Positions 32,355 to 47,909 of a stretch of DNA of 64,000 bases are shown piece after piece (positions within the stretch are counted from its first letter, which is position 1; each line of letters begins with the position of its first letter). Position numbers and translations under genes: made by a program. The notes below the pieces were generated by a model. That model did no database searches. It saw only the letters and a list, made by a program, of their open reading frames with translations, and was not told the origin of the DNA. The stretch is from the NCBI RefSeq assembly GCF_009914755.1, contig NC_060931.1. The stretch is one strand, 5' to 3'. The DNA comes from the human T2T-CHM13v2.0 reference genome, Homo sapiens.

Positions 32355-32531
32355 TTGTTTTTTAAAATGTACTTAATGTTTTAGAGACAGGCTCTCCCTC
32401 TGTTACCCAGGCTGGAATGCAGAGGTGCAATCCTAGCTCACTGCAGCCTCAAACTCCTGGGCTCAAGTGATCCTCCTGCCTCAGCCTCCTGAGTAGCTTG
32501 GACTACAGGCATGCACCATCACACCTAGCTA
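32355..32531 (-). mobile_element. Alu right monomer fused to a 5S rRNA copy
   Basis: Right arm from ttagctaggtgtg to a decayed A tail; no left arm. Confidence 0.85.
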
Positions 32532-32651
32532 AGAGATACAGCACCTGGTATTCACAGGTGGTCTCCCATCCATGCACTAACCAGGTCTGACCCTGCTTAA
32601 CTTCTGAGATCAGAAAAGATCAGTCATGTTCACAGTGGTACATCTGCAGAT
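32532..32651 (-). pseudogene. 5S rRNA pseudogene (RNA5SP-type), near full length
   Basis: Plus strand tacagcacctggtattcacaggtggtctcccatcc...accctgcttaacttctgagatcaga...gtggta is the reverse complement of 5S rRNA with many substitutions. Confidence 0.93.
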
Positions 32652-32844
32652 GCTACAAAAGGTTTTAATACACATTATCCATTCGAGCTTCATCACAAGC
32701 CTGTACAAGGAGTGAGTTAGGAATCATTGTCCCTGGCTTATGGATGACAGAAATGATTGACTGAGGTGAAATAGCCAGTCCAAGTTTATGAGCTAGTAAG
32801 CAGCAGAACTGAAATTCTTTCACACCATTTCTCCAAAAGCAAAG

Positions 32845-33752
32845 GTTTTGTTTTTTAACTTTTAAATTCCGGGGTAAAAGTGCAGGTTTGTTACATAGGT
32901 AAGCTTGTGTCATGGGGGTCTGTTGTACAGATTATTTCATCACCTAGATATTAAGCCTAGTATACATTAATTATTTTTCCTGATCCTCTCCCTCCTCTTA
33001 ACCTCCACCCTCCAAAAGGCCCCAGTGTGTATTGTTCTCCACTGTGTGTCCACGTGTTCTCATCATTTACCTCCCACTTATAAGTAAGAACATGCAGTAT
33101 TTGGTTTTCTGTTCCTGCGTTAGTTTGCTAAGGATAATGACCTCCAGCTCCATCCTTGTCCTTGCGAAGGACATGATCTCATCCTTTTCATGGCTGCATA
33201 GTATTCCATGGTGTAGATGTACCACATTTTCTTTATCCAGTCACTGATGAACATTTAGATTGAGTCTGTGTCTTGGCTATTGTGAATAGTGCTGCAGTGA
33301 ACATATTCGTGCATGTGTCTTTATAACAGAATGATTTATATTCCTTTGGTATATACCCAGTAATGGGATTGCTGGGTCAAATGATATTTCTGTCTTTAGG
33401 TCTTTGAGGAATCACCACACTGTCTCCCACAATGATTGAACTAATTTATACTCCCACCAAGAGTATAAGTATCCCTTTTACTACACAAACTTGCCAGCAT
33501 CTGTTATCTTCTGACTTTTTAGTAATAGCCATTCTGACTGGTGTGAGATGGTGTCTCATTGTAGTTTTGATCTGCATTTCTCTAATGATCAGTGATGTTG
33601 AGCTTCTTTTTCCTATGATTGTTGGCCGCATGTATGCCTTCTCTTGAAAAGTGTCTGTTCATGTCGTTTGCCCACTTTTTTATTATGCATCCAACAAAAG
33701 TCTAATATCCAGTATATATAAGGAACTTAAACAAGTTTACAAGAAAAAAAAT
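32845..33752 (-). mobile_element. L1PA/PB 3' end with inverted 5' segment (~33684-33752)
   Basis: Antisense L1 to ~33680, then the adjacent upstream L1 segment in the opposite orientation. Confidence 0.85.
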
Positions 33753-34246
33753 AAAGTTTGCAAAATGGTTTTAACTCTTACTGAAGGATATATACCCTAC
33801 AACTAAACAATGGTGGCAACAGGACGCTGGTACACAAACACTTCCTGTGTTTTGTTTAAGGCAACATCACAAAGGGATTAGTCTCTCCACTGCCCTGGGT
33901 CTCTCCAGGTCAACGTTCAAGAAGCCTAAATTTTCTCCTTTTGCAACCTGAATTCTCTATTATAGGCCTAATCTCACCCCCTTAGGGGGCCAAGGTCTCC
34001 AGTGCAACAAAAGCCCAAGAGAGGATTAACTCTCAACCACACTTGCAATGACTGCCTTAGAAATGAGAAAAGCAATGAGGTCATCTCAGTGGGACTTTCT
34101 TTCGAAAAGAGGTGAACCAATTAAGTTTTTGACAACCCCTTTCTTCTTTCTCACTTCTTCCTCACATCAGGCTCTGAAACCAAATGTCTAGGAATGAAGA
34201 CATGGCCTGCTGATGTCAAGCAACTATGTATTAAAATACCAATCTG

Positions 34247-34601
<355 letters not shown>

Positions 34602-35235
34602 CTACCTTTAGTGGACCCAGTTTACAATTTCTTGAGAAAGAAAACCCATCCCTCCAACCCATCCTCCCAACTCCCAGGATTAGAGGCACCACTGTCGCTG
34701 CAAATCTGCAGCAACATGTGTCTAGCAGCTAAAATGTCACAACCCAAGCCCCACCGTTTCTGGAAATGACTTAGAGCAACAGGGCAATAAGACAATAGCA
34801 TTCTTCCTCCCTGTCCTGTCCCTCCACTTCCACCTCCAATCCAGCAAATCTTAAAATAGTGAATTTCCCTAGACATCAATGGTAAGGATTATTTGTTTTT
34901 AATGTGGGATGTGACACTTGAGCGAAGATTGGAGGTGGGTTCTAGAAACACAAAGGGATGTTCCCATCAAGGTTGCCTAGGATAGTAGTATAAGAAAGAG
35001 GATCTGAGTATATACTAGCGATATAAACATATCTGTTAGTCAATCAAACATTCTTAGTCCAGGAAGAGAGAGAAGACTTGGGAGGTAAAATGTAGACTCC
35101 TTCCTCAGAGAAGATGGTGAATCAATCGCCTGAAACCAAGCAGAGGACAGGTTTGATACAAATGTGATTTTTTTTAATCAAGAGAAGAGTCAGGCAAAGA
35201 GTGGGCAGAGGAGAAGAAAGGCATCAATGATTTTC

Positions 35236-35623
35236 TGGATAAAGAAAATGTGGTACACATACACCATAGAATACTATGCAACCATAAAAAGGAATGAGAT
35301 CATGTCCTTGCCAGGAACATGGATGGAGCTGGAGGCCATTATCCTCAGCAAACTAATGCAGGAACAGAAAACCAAATACCACATGTTCCCACTTATAAGT
35401 GGGAGCTGAATAATAAGAACACTTGGACACAGGGAGGGGAACAACACACACTGGGCACCTGTGCTGGGGGAGGAGGAAAAACATCAGGAAGAATAGCTAA
35501 TGGATGCTGGGATGATCTGTGCAGCAAACCACCATGGCAGATGTTTACCTGTGTAACAAACTGCACATCCTGCACATGTACCCTGGAACTTAAAATAAAA
35601 GTTGAAGAAGCAAGAAAAAAAAA
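35236..35623 (+). mobile_element. L1PA/PB 3' end
   Basis: Peptide WIKKMWYTYTIEYY...WMELEAIILS followed by 3'UTR and A tail. Confidence 0.9.
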
Positions 35624-36280
35624 ATTCTTGCGATGTAAGTAGCATAGGTTCTGAACATCCACTGAGTTTCTTTCCCTGGGCCACAGACAGTCTTCTGACG
35701 TGGTACCATCATGTTGTCTGAGGACAGCTGGGGTTTTTATCAGACTGTGAGGGCATTCCACAGGGAGTTAGGAACAAAAGGTCCCATTTTCCACCTTATA
35801 GCTCACAGAGAAGACAAACACCAACATATTTCCTCTAAAGATAATGGATTTAACAGCCTAAGAAATGGTAATGAGCTAGTTGAGAAGGTGCTTTTCTGAG
35901 ATGTGGAAACCTTGAGCTCAGAGCAGCAAAAGCACAGTGCTGCTTCTTCCAGGAGATTTCACTGGAATTGTCTCATGGCCCATTGATACATTTGGAAATG
36001 CCATCAAAGGCTGAGGAACTTTCAGAAACAACAGGATGAGGCAGGTTGCCAGAGGTCAAAGGGTGGTAGAAATGGGGAGACAGATGTTGGTCAAAAGGTA
36101 CAAATGTTCAGTTGGAAGATGAGTATGTTCTAGAGGTCTAATATACAGAATGGCGATTATTGTTAATACCACTATTATATAATTGAAACTTGATGAGAGC
36201 AGATTGTTAAGTATCCTCGCCCTACATGCATACGAAATGGTAACTATAAATGGTGATGAATATGCTAATTAATTGATTGC

Positions 36281-36627
36281 TGTATTAGTCCATTCTCACA
36301 CTGCTATAAAGAAATACCTGAGACTGGGTAATTTATAAATAAAAGAGGTTTAATTGACTCACAGTTCTGCATGGCTGGGGAGGCCTCAGGAAACTTACAA
36401 TCATGGCGGAAGGCACCTCTCCATGGGGCAGCAGGAGAGAATGAGTGCAAGTGGGGGGAGGAAATGCCAGATGCTTAAAAAACCATCAGATCATGAGACT
36501 CACTCATTTTTATGAGAACAGCATGGGGATGATTCAATTACCTCCACCTGGTCCCACCCTTGACGTGTGGGGATTATTAAAATTCAAGGTAAGATTTAGG
36601 TGGGGGACACAGAGCCAAACCGTTACA
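36281..36627 (-). mobile_element. THE1/MST MaLR LTR inserted in an L1M 3' end
   Basis: TG...CA ends; flanks attgc/attgt; L1M 3'UTR on both sides. Confidence 0.88.
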
Positions 36628-39122
36628 ATTGTGATTATCTTACACAAAGTATGCATATATCAATCATCACGTTGTACACATTGAATATGCACAATTTTTA
36701 TTTGTTAACTATGTCTCAGTGAAACTGGAAAAAGAAAGAAACCTCAGATATGAAAATCCAGAGTCACGACCAAATGTGTTTAGGGTCGATGGCATGCATT
36801 ATAAAATGATTCTCTTCAATTTCTTATTTTCCTCCAGTTTCCTCATCTATAAAATTTGGATAATAACCCCTGACTTGCCTAGAAGATAGGAATTGCATAA
36901 GGATCAAATTAAATCATGCACAACTGAGTGCTATGTAAAACACACAGCTATACTTGCTTATCACCATTCTTAGGAACATTAAAACACTGTACACACACAT
37001 GTGTGCTGCCTGGCTGAATTACTTTCATGAGGACCTGAGAACAAAGTGTCTCTTGCCATTTTTATCCACCTGAAGACTCTCGAAGAGTCGTGAGGCAGGT
37101 TACTGACAAAATTGCTTCCTTTGAAACAATGCATCTGTGTGAATCAGGATTTCTCAATAATGAGCTGATCTAAGACTGAAATTCAGCAAAAATGCTAACA
37201 GCTCTGGGCCTCAACTTATTCCAACTGTAAAATGGGAACAATAACTCAGCCCTTGTAGGGTTTCTGATGATTTAGGAGGTGGGGTATGTAGACTGCTTTC
37301 CTACTGGGAGAACTGAGGCATGCCAAGGTTTTTGCTTGTTTGTTTTTGCCTGCAAGCACAAGAATGAGAAAATCTGGAGGGAGAAAATGTTGGCACTAGG
37401 CCTGAAATTCTTGAAGACAGTGTGGGAAGCAAAGACCCCCTTCATCTTCTCAGGCACAAAATGCACGTTCCCAGAAGGAAGAAGGTCAACCTAAAGCAGC
37501 CTAGACCAAGGACATTTGCTGAGAGTCACTAGGGAAAGGTCATTCCTACTGTCCACCAAATGCTTAATCCAGCCCCCAGCTCCTTGGAATTCTATCCATC
37601 TCTTAAAGCCATGTTCAAGTCTTCCTTCCTTTGTGAGACACTCCCAGACCTCCTCATTTGGAATTTCCATTGTTTTCCTAGTTCTACTTTCTTTGGTTGC
37701 ATTATATAACATGCTTTATGGTTTGCCATATTTTATTATTTGTGGGCATCTTAATCTTTTTAAGAGACTTTGGAGAGCAAGGAGCATGTATTTTTCATCT
37801 TTATGTCCCTTATACTGCTCCATAATGATGTCTGCTTTTGAATGAAATGTGTTTGAAATGCTCACCTCATCATTCATTTAAAGCCAATTCTATAAATAAG
37901 CAATGAGGGCTGTCTTTGCCATCACCACCTAATGCCCGATGCTGCCACGCTTCTTAACAGGCATCTTGTCTTCAGACTGGCCTCCCAGATTCATCATCTT
38001 TAAATGCCATTTTAAAACTCCTTATTCAAATTTCCCACTCAAAATCTTTTAAAGGCTTCACAATGCCTACATGATAAGGTACAAACGTCAAAGCCTTGAA
38101 TGTAAGACTGTCCACCAGCTGGCTCCAATCCAGCTATTTAAACTCATTTAACCCACATATTCCCAAAGCAGTGGGCTGACTTCATTCATTCATTGATTCG
38201 TGCATTTCATTCAGCATGGATTGAATGTCCCAGTCATTTTCATAGTCATTGTGTTAGGTGGTAGAGATATCTATAGGAAAAGACATAGTCCCTGATCTCA
38301 ATGCAGTTATCATCCACTGAGTTGGCGGGAAGTAAAGAGAATATTACAATTTTAAGTGATAGTAGCTATAACAGAACAATGTACAAGAGACACTGTGAGT
38401 ATGGAAAAGCTGGGGCCCAAACTGGCCTAAGGGAGTCAGGGGAGTGTTAGTAAAAGAAGAACAAAAGGAAGACTGGTTTTCCAGGAAGACACTATGGTGG
38501 AGTAAAGAGAGTGCATTTGAAACAGAGAGAAAATAATATGCCCCCTACACATACACACACACACAAAAACCCTACAATGATGCTACAAGAATCTGGTATA
38601 AAGTTACCAGTGGTCCGCGAGGACCTAGTTGAAGCTGAACTCAAACTAAAAGGGATTTCTTGTGTCTGTAAGTGGTATTTATTATCTAATGACAGTATTT
38701 CCCGATGTGTTCCTGAGCCTGGTTCTGAGAGGCACAGTAAGTAGCTCACCATGACGGAAAGAAAAAAATATCATTCTGTGGTCATAAAATGTCTGCAGAG
38801 TAAACACATGCTTTTCTCCTTCTTGGGAAGGTACAATGTTCAAAAGCATATGAAAGCTTCTGCTAAGTCTTGCAATAAAACAAGCTGTTTAAAGGATTGC
38901 AGACATGTTTATCTATAGAGTATCATGCCACTATGTACTTCCTGCAGAATGAGATCCAAGGAAGAGTTTTGGAAACACCGGTCTGTATCTGTAACCTGCT
39001 CTTTAGATGCACCTGTACTGGCCTGTAAATAGTTTATGAAGGCACAGGCTTCAAGGACAAACACACTTGATTTTAAAGCTTGTCTGCATCACTTAGTTAC
39101 TGTTTGACCTTGGACAAATTAG

Positions 39123-39429
<307 letters not shown>

Positions 39430-39599
39430 GACAAATTAGTTTTTTTATGGACAGTTTCCTCAGTTGTAAAATGGGCATAATATGTACTTTCTCCATGTGT
39501 AGTTTTATTGAGCACATATGCCTGACACATACCTGATTAAACATTTTCTTTTCATTATTAGTGGCAAACATATAAGCTGAACTAGGTATAAGAACCTTG

Positions 39600-40162
39600 C
39601 GGCAATTTCTCAAGGATCTATAACTAGAAATACCATTTGACCCAGCAATCCCATTACCCAAAAGATTATAAATCATTCTACAATAAATACACATGCATAC
39701 GTATGTTTATTGTGGCACTGTTCACAACAGCAAAGACTTGGAACCAATCCAAATGCCTATCAGTGATAGACTGGATAAAGAAAATGTGGCACATATACAC
39801 CATGGAATACTATGCAGCCATAAAAAAGGATGCGTTCATGTCCTTTGCAGGGATATGGATGAAGCTGGAAACCATCGTTCTAGCAAACCAACACAAGAAC
39901 AGAAGACCAAACACCACATACTCTCACTCATAAATGGGAGTTGAACAATGAGAACATATGGACAGAGGGAGAGATACATCACACACACACACCGCAGCCT
40001 CTCAGGGAGTGGGGGTCTAGGGAAGGGAGAGCATTAGGAGAAATACCTAATGTAGATGACAGGTTGATGGGTGCAGCAAACCACCATGGCATGTGTATAC
40101 CTATGTAACAAACCTGCATGTTCTGCACATGTACCCCAAGACTTAAAGTATAATAATAAAAA
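39600..40162 (+). mobile_element. 5'-truncated L1PA
   Basis: ORF2 C-terminus and 3'UTR; TSD aagaaccttg 39590-39599 / 40163-40172. Confidence 0.92.
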
Positions 40163-41227
40163 AAGAACCTTGTAAGTAAGTTATATAGATTTGTTCCTCT
40201 TTTAGCATTCTAGCAGAATTTCTTTCCAATGGCTCACCAGTGATTCTTATTTACTGATACTTAAACCTTGGCACAAAAGGATTCCCTGAAATATTGCAAT
40301 TATATAAATGAGAAGAGAAAGAAGAAGACAAAAAACCACCTTAATACATATATTATCAGGATGGACTGATTTTCCTAAGTGAGGTGCCATAATATTCAGA
40401 ATAACCCCAATGTCCCTTACTGGCTGAAAAATAAACTATGTAAAAAAGAAATATCTACCACGTTAGGATTAAAATTATGGCATTTAGTGTGGAAGAAATC
40501 TGAATCTGCAGATTTTTAAAAGTAGGTGAGGAAGTGCTCTCTTCCATGTCTAGCCTGGGACACATAATCTGTCCTTGGTCCTTGGCTTTGAAAACCCTTT
40601 CTCACTGTACCTCTGCACCATCCCCCCCGCCGCCATCCTACCCCCTTCCCAGACACATCCTGGCCAACTCAACTCATCCATTATTTTCTTCAAAAAGTTG
40701 TCCTTGACTCCCCAGGTTGAGGCAGGTAACAACCTTTGGTTCCCATAGCCTCCTGTGCACACATTTCCATTAGGCAACAATGAGTGCGTTCTTACTGAGT
40801 GGCCGTTATGGCCAGGGAGCTGGAGATGCAATTGTTGGCCAAACAGAGGTGAGCCTGCCCTCAGGGAGCTTACTGTCTGATGCAGGCAGCACATACCAAA
40901 CAGGTAAACAGGTGAGTCAGGTATGGTCACAAATGGAGACAAGCACTATGAGCAAATAAAAGAGACGTTATAATTGAAAGTAAAATGGATTCTCTTTTAA
41001 TTACTTATCTTGTCTCTTTGGCACGCTATGAAGGATTTGAGTGTAATATCTGGTTCACATTTGCATAACTTGGCATGGCAATGTGCCTGTATACATTGAG
41101 CAAGAATTAACTGCCTCATGAATAAACGAAAGAATGAATGAATTCAACGACAAAGCTGAGACCTATAGGACTAGCCTACAGTGACAACTAGTTAGTGACA
41201 ATTTAAAGTCCCCTTCATTTAAAGTGA

Positions 41228-41845
41228 GTATATATAATTATATTTATTTATATTTACATATAAATATGAATATATATTAATATAATATATAATATATAAA
41301 TACACAATATATAACACACAGAATATATTATATATAAATATATAACACACAGATTATATATAAATATATAACACACAGAATGTATTATATATAAATATAT
41401 AACACACAGAATATATTATATATAAATATATAACAGAATATATTATATATAAATATATAACATACAGAATATATTATATATAAATATATAACATACAGAA
41501 TATATTATATAAATATATAACATACAGAATATATTATATATAAATATATAACATACCGAATATATTATATATAAATATATAACAGACCGAATATATTATA
41601 TATAAATATATAATATACAGAATATATATAAATATATAATATATAATATACACAATGTATATTAATATATAAACATATATATTAATATATATGTATATAT
41701 TTGTATATAAGCATATACAATGTGTGCTTATAGATATATGATATGTACATATATAGATCTATGTATCCATCTATCTCTATGTATCTATCTAACTACACTA
41801 TACTATACTATACTATACTATTCTATACTATACTATACTATACAG
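41228..41845. repeat. AT-rich minisatellite (~30-bp unit) with (TA)n and (CTATA)n flanks
   Basis: About 10 copies of acagaatatattatatataaatatataaca(c/t) at ~41305-41640. Confidence 0.92.
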
Positions 41846-42704
41846 CCAGCACATCCAAACAACCTCTTAATTTCCAGGCCTAAGAAATGGGTAATTTTGG
41901 GTACTCAAAATTTATTTTTGGCCCAGCCCTGGCTGCTGTTCTTTGTTGGTAAACAAGTGAGTAGCTTCAAAGTGGACTTTACACCACGCAATGTAGAGAA
42001 GGCACCCTTTATGCTCATTTGTTCTTTCTGACAGAAAAAGCCTACAGCCAACCTCAGAATGATTACTTCTGTGCTCTGTTGATGCTTGCTTTCATTTGGC
42101 TGTTTGGTTCTGCCAGGCCCTATAAAAACACAGATATAATCAACGGCTTCAAAGGAGAACTAGCTAGCTTGAAGGAAGAATGCATTTTATTTGGGAAATG
42201 GTGGCTCCCCTATGCACTTGTGATTAAAGGGGGAAGAAAACATTTGTGATTCATCCAATTAACCTCAATAGTATGTCATTCAAGCAAGGTCCAGACAGGA
42301 GTCTCACTCTATTATTCCAAATCTTTCATTAAACCAATTCCATCTGCAGCCAGCACTTTCCTGTTTTCCCGGTGCATTCTTGTGATTACCTAATTTAAAT
42401 AAAGAGCTAGTTTATTGTTTTTCCTGGGTGCCAGGAAGATTTAGAGCAATGACCTGGAGCAGGGATAACATTCTCATGTAATTTTCAGAATTTACAAAAA
42501 GTCAGAAAGTGCCCTCCTAAGGATGCTCATATCCTTCCTGGAGACAGCTAGACACAGATGCACTTTTTTAGAGCACCACAATAGACCACAGTGTTCCCCT
42601 CCCTGTGGCCCCCACTAACATTTGATTTTTAAAATGTCACCCATGTTAGCATGGCCTTTGAAGGCTCTGCAACCAGAAGTTTGCAGTCCAAGATTAGGAT
42701 TTCA

Positions 42705-43008
<304 letters not shown>

Positions 43009-43014
43009 GATTAG

Positions 43015-43092
43015 GATTAGGATTTCAGATCTTTTTAAAAAAGATTAGGATTTCAGATCTTTTTAAAAAAGATTAGGATTTCAGATCTTTTT
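43015..43092. repeat. 28-bp tandem repeat (~2.8 copies) containing the Alu 3' TSD
   Basis: gattaggatttcagatctttttaaaaaa at 43015, 43043 and 43071. Confidence 0.92.
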
Positions 43093-43724
43093 GCAGTGAC
43101 TGGTGGAACCCACCTCTGCACTTCAGACCAGCCTTTCCAGATATAGAATATATTTCCTTGGCGAGAGGTATAAAATTAACCTTTACATTTTTAATATAAT
43201 ACTTAATATATACAAAAGAATGTTTATATATTACTTTCAAGGCAATGATCATAATAAATAAAACACCTATGAAATTCTTATCCATCTGAAGAACCAGAAC
43301 ACACCCAATACGCTTGAAGTTATAGATGGGGTCTTTCCAATCCATGCTATCTCAGATAAAACAATATCTGAGGTTTGTGTTCCTAATTCCTTGTTTTTAA
43401 ATAGCTGTACCTTAATCTGTTTTTCTCTGTATTTTTTTTTTACTCTATCTGCCTTCATGATATCTGTTTACCTTTGGTTTTCAGTGGTTTGACTATGATG
43501 TCTATCTTCAAATAATACAATGCTCATTACACATAAGAGCCTGAAAACAGTATTCTCCTGATTTTTTTCTCTCCAATCTTTTGTTCTATTGTTGTCAATC
43601 ATTTAACTTTGACATGTGCTACAAATACATTATGTCTTAAAACTATTAATTGCTTTAAATAATTGCTTTAAAGGATCAATTATTTTTAGGGTGAATCAAT
43701 AGAAATTGATTTAAAATAAAATCA

Positions 43725-44110
<386 letters not shown>

Positions 44111-44569
44111 AGATTGATTTATATTGATTTGCCTTTCAACTATTCCTAGAAATTCTTATTCTTTATGAAGATGTTAAGTTTCTCCCATTATCATAATTGT
44201 TCTGCTTTAAGAATGTCCTTCACTATTTTTTATAGTAAAGGTCTGCTGCTAATGTGTTCTCAAAACCCCCCTCCTATTTTTTGGGTTTTTTTGGTTTTTT
44301 TTTTTGGTTGTTGTTTGGTCTGGAAAGTCATTATTTGTCTTTAGTTTTAAAAAATATTTTCCTTTAATTTTAAAAATAATTCATTTTTAAAATATTTTCC
44401 TTTAATTTTAAAAATATAGACTTCTGGGTTGACAGATTGGGTTTGCATCAGTTATCCATTTATTGCCTCTCAGCTCTGAATGCATCTTCCAATACAGGCA
44501 ATACAATAAAGTGTGAGAAGCAATGGAATCCCTTTGAGCATTTCTCCTTTAAAGTCAGCAGGATGTTGA

Positions 44570-45235
<666 letters not shown>

Positions 45236-45329
45236 TAGGCCTATTGGAGAGCAAACCCTATCCATGCTTGTTCTGCTGATTAGACCCATTCTGTTACAGG
45301 GTTCTCTGAGCATCTTGGATCTGTGATTT

Positions 45330-45900
45330 GATGTCTTATATTATTTGTAGATAGTGTTCTGCTATTATCTCTTCAAGTAGGTTGTCTGTCCCTATCTCTT
45401 TCTAATCCTTCTGGCATTCCAATTGTACAAATTTCAGACTATCTGATATTAGCCCGTTGATCTTGGATGCTCTATATTTTTTAAAATTTATTCTTTTTAC
45501 CTCTTTGTGTTTCATTTGGTCAATTTCTATTGATTCACCTTTAAGTTCATAAATTTTTTCTTTGGCTGTGTTAAGTCCAGTGATAAGTCCATCAAAGTCA
45601 TTTTTCATCTCTGTTATTGTATTTTTTATTTCTAAGATTTTCTTTAGACTCTTTCTTATAACTTCTGTTGAAATTCTCCACCATGCATATTGCCTACTTT
45701 TTCCATAAGAGCCTTTAATATATTAATCGTAGGTATTTTAAATTTCCCGAGAGTTCAAACGTCTTTGTCATCTTTGAGTCTGGTTCTGTTGATTACTTTG
45801 ACTCTTGACAGTGAGTTGTTCTGTCTTGCATTTTTATTTGTCTTGTAACTTTTTATTGCACATGAACACTGTGAGGTATGATAGTAGAGAATAAAGTAAA
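45330..45900 (-). mobile_element. Old L1M ORF1 remnant
   Basis: ORF 45402-45608 (MKNDFDGLITGLNTAKEKIYELKGESIEI) resembles the L1 ORF1p coiled coil. Confidence 0.65.
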
Positions 45901-45950
45901 CAGTACTTTTGCTTGGTCTGCCAACATAAAGAAGAGTCTACTGGAATTGA

Positions 45951-46325
<375 letters not shown>

Positions 46326-47229
46326 TAATCTAGTTCTTTGGATGGGGTATGTGTTGCATGTAAGCTGTTTCTAATATTCCTGTTTATCCCTTAGCTTTTG
46401 TCTTTCTCTGTGTGTCTGTACCTCAGAGAAGGTCCCTTTTTTATGCTCTTCCTCTTCTCTCAGTGATAGATTGCTACTGTTACTTGATGCCTGCTGGTCT
46501 AGTAGTGGTGTATAGGAGAAGACAGGTCTCTGTTTTCCTAGTCCAGCCTTGGTCTTAGGAAGGCCCTGTGTCCCTAAGTCTTGCAGATCAGGTTTTCTCT
46601 GTAATTCTGATCCTCCTCTCTGTAGCAGCCAAATGATGTCTTGAATCTTTGGTGGCCCTTGTGAACGGGAGAGTTTCTTGCTCTTCCCCCAGTGGTAGGA
46701 GATCTTTAATGGCCTGGGTCAAACACCCAGGAATGGAAGACTTTTCCCTTTTCTTTCTGCTTCCTTGCTGCAATGGTCTTTACCTGTGTCCTAGTGACCA
46801 CAAGGTTTGCTCCCCTTCTCCAGCATCCTAAGGCTTTTGATCCTTAGAGGACTGACCTTGGTGAGAATCTGTGCTTTGCCACAGAAGTGACACTCATCTC
46901 CTCTCTGTCTTCAATATGGAGGAGGGCTTTCTCTCACCTCCTGCCCCATCACCAATCTTTCTTGTGAGTGCACAACGGAGGTCCATGGAGAATACCCTGT
47001 AAGTGGGCGCAAGCCTATATTCTCATGCAAGTCCACCCCACGACTTCAGAAATTTGTTTAAAAATTTCACTGAATGATTCTCTCCCACTGTATGGCACCT
47101 GGCATCTCTACCTCCTTGGTTTCCCATAGATGACTCAATGGTTGTGTCCAATCTCTCCTTGGGAATGCCTATCTTTCCATTGATTTCAGGCCACCCAATT
47201 GCCCTGGGGCTTCAATTCTCTGAGAGGTT

Positions 47230-47409
47230 TGCCATTACTTTTAATGGCAAAAAAAAAAAAAAAAGGTCTGTCCGTGTTTTGTACAGACACAATTTTACCC
47301 CGAATATTTTTGATCCACGGTTATTTGAATCCATGGATGCAGAACCCGTGGATACAGAATGCCATTACTTTTAATGTCAAAAAATGCAATTACTTTTGCA
47401 CCAATGTAA
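47230..47409. mobile_element. Composite: partial MADE1 / MER2 terminal fragment / partial MADE1
   Basis: tgccattacttttaatg at 47230-47246 and 47360-47376 brackets ~100 bp of MER2 end sequence. Confidence 0.8.
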
Positions 47410-47548
47410 TAGTTCACATACCATATCTTTCGCTTAAAGTATACAAGTCAATGGTTTTTTGTAGAGTCACAGAGTTATGCCATCATCACAACAACAGATT
47501 CTACAACTGATCTTAGAACACTTTTATCGCCGCAAAAAGAAATATTCT

Positions 47549-47690
47549 AGGCCTGGCGCAGTGGCTCATGCCTATAATATCACCATTTTGGGAGGCTGAG
47601 GTGGGCAGATCACTTGAGGTCAGGAGCTCCAGACCAGCCAACGTGGCGAAACCCCGCCTCTACTAAAAATACAAAAATACAAAAAAAAAA
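47549..47690 (+). mobile_element. Alu left monomer only, TSD-flanked
   Basis: 15-bp TSD aaaaagaaatattct 47534-47548 / 47686-47700. Confidence 0.85.
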
Positions 47691-47909
47691 GAAATATTCT
47701 TGATTTTCACCTACCCCCCACCCCCAAACCCGCCAGCAACCCCTGCTGCTCTCCTACCAGGGACCCACTTCCCTGCTTTCTGATTCAATGGATTCACCGA
47801 TTTTTGATGTGTCATGTAAATGGAATTATATGATATGTGACCTTTTGGGTCTGGCTACTTCCACTTAGCATAATGTTTTATTCACATTGTAGCATGTAAC
47901 AGAATTTCA

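Noticed and set aside
41305-41640. Regularly spaced ~30-bp repeats (CRISPR-like periodicity)
   Set aside because: Head-to-tail minisatellite with no unique spacers, in a primate genome.
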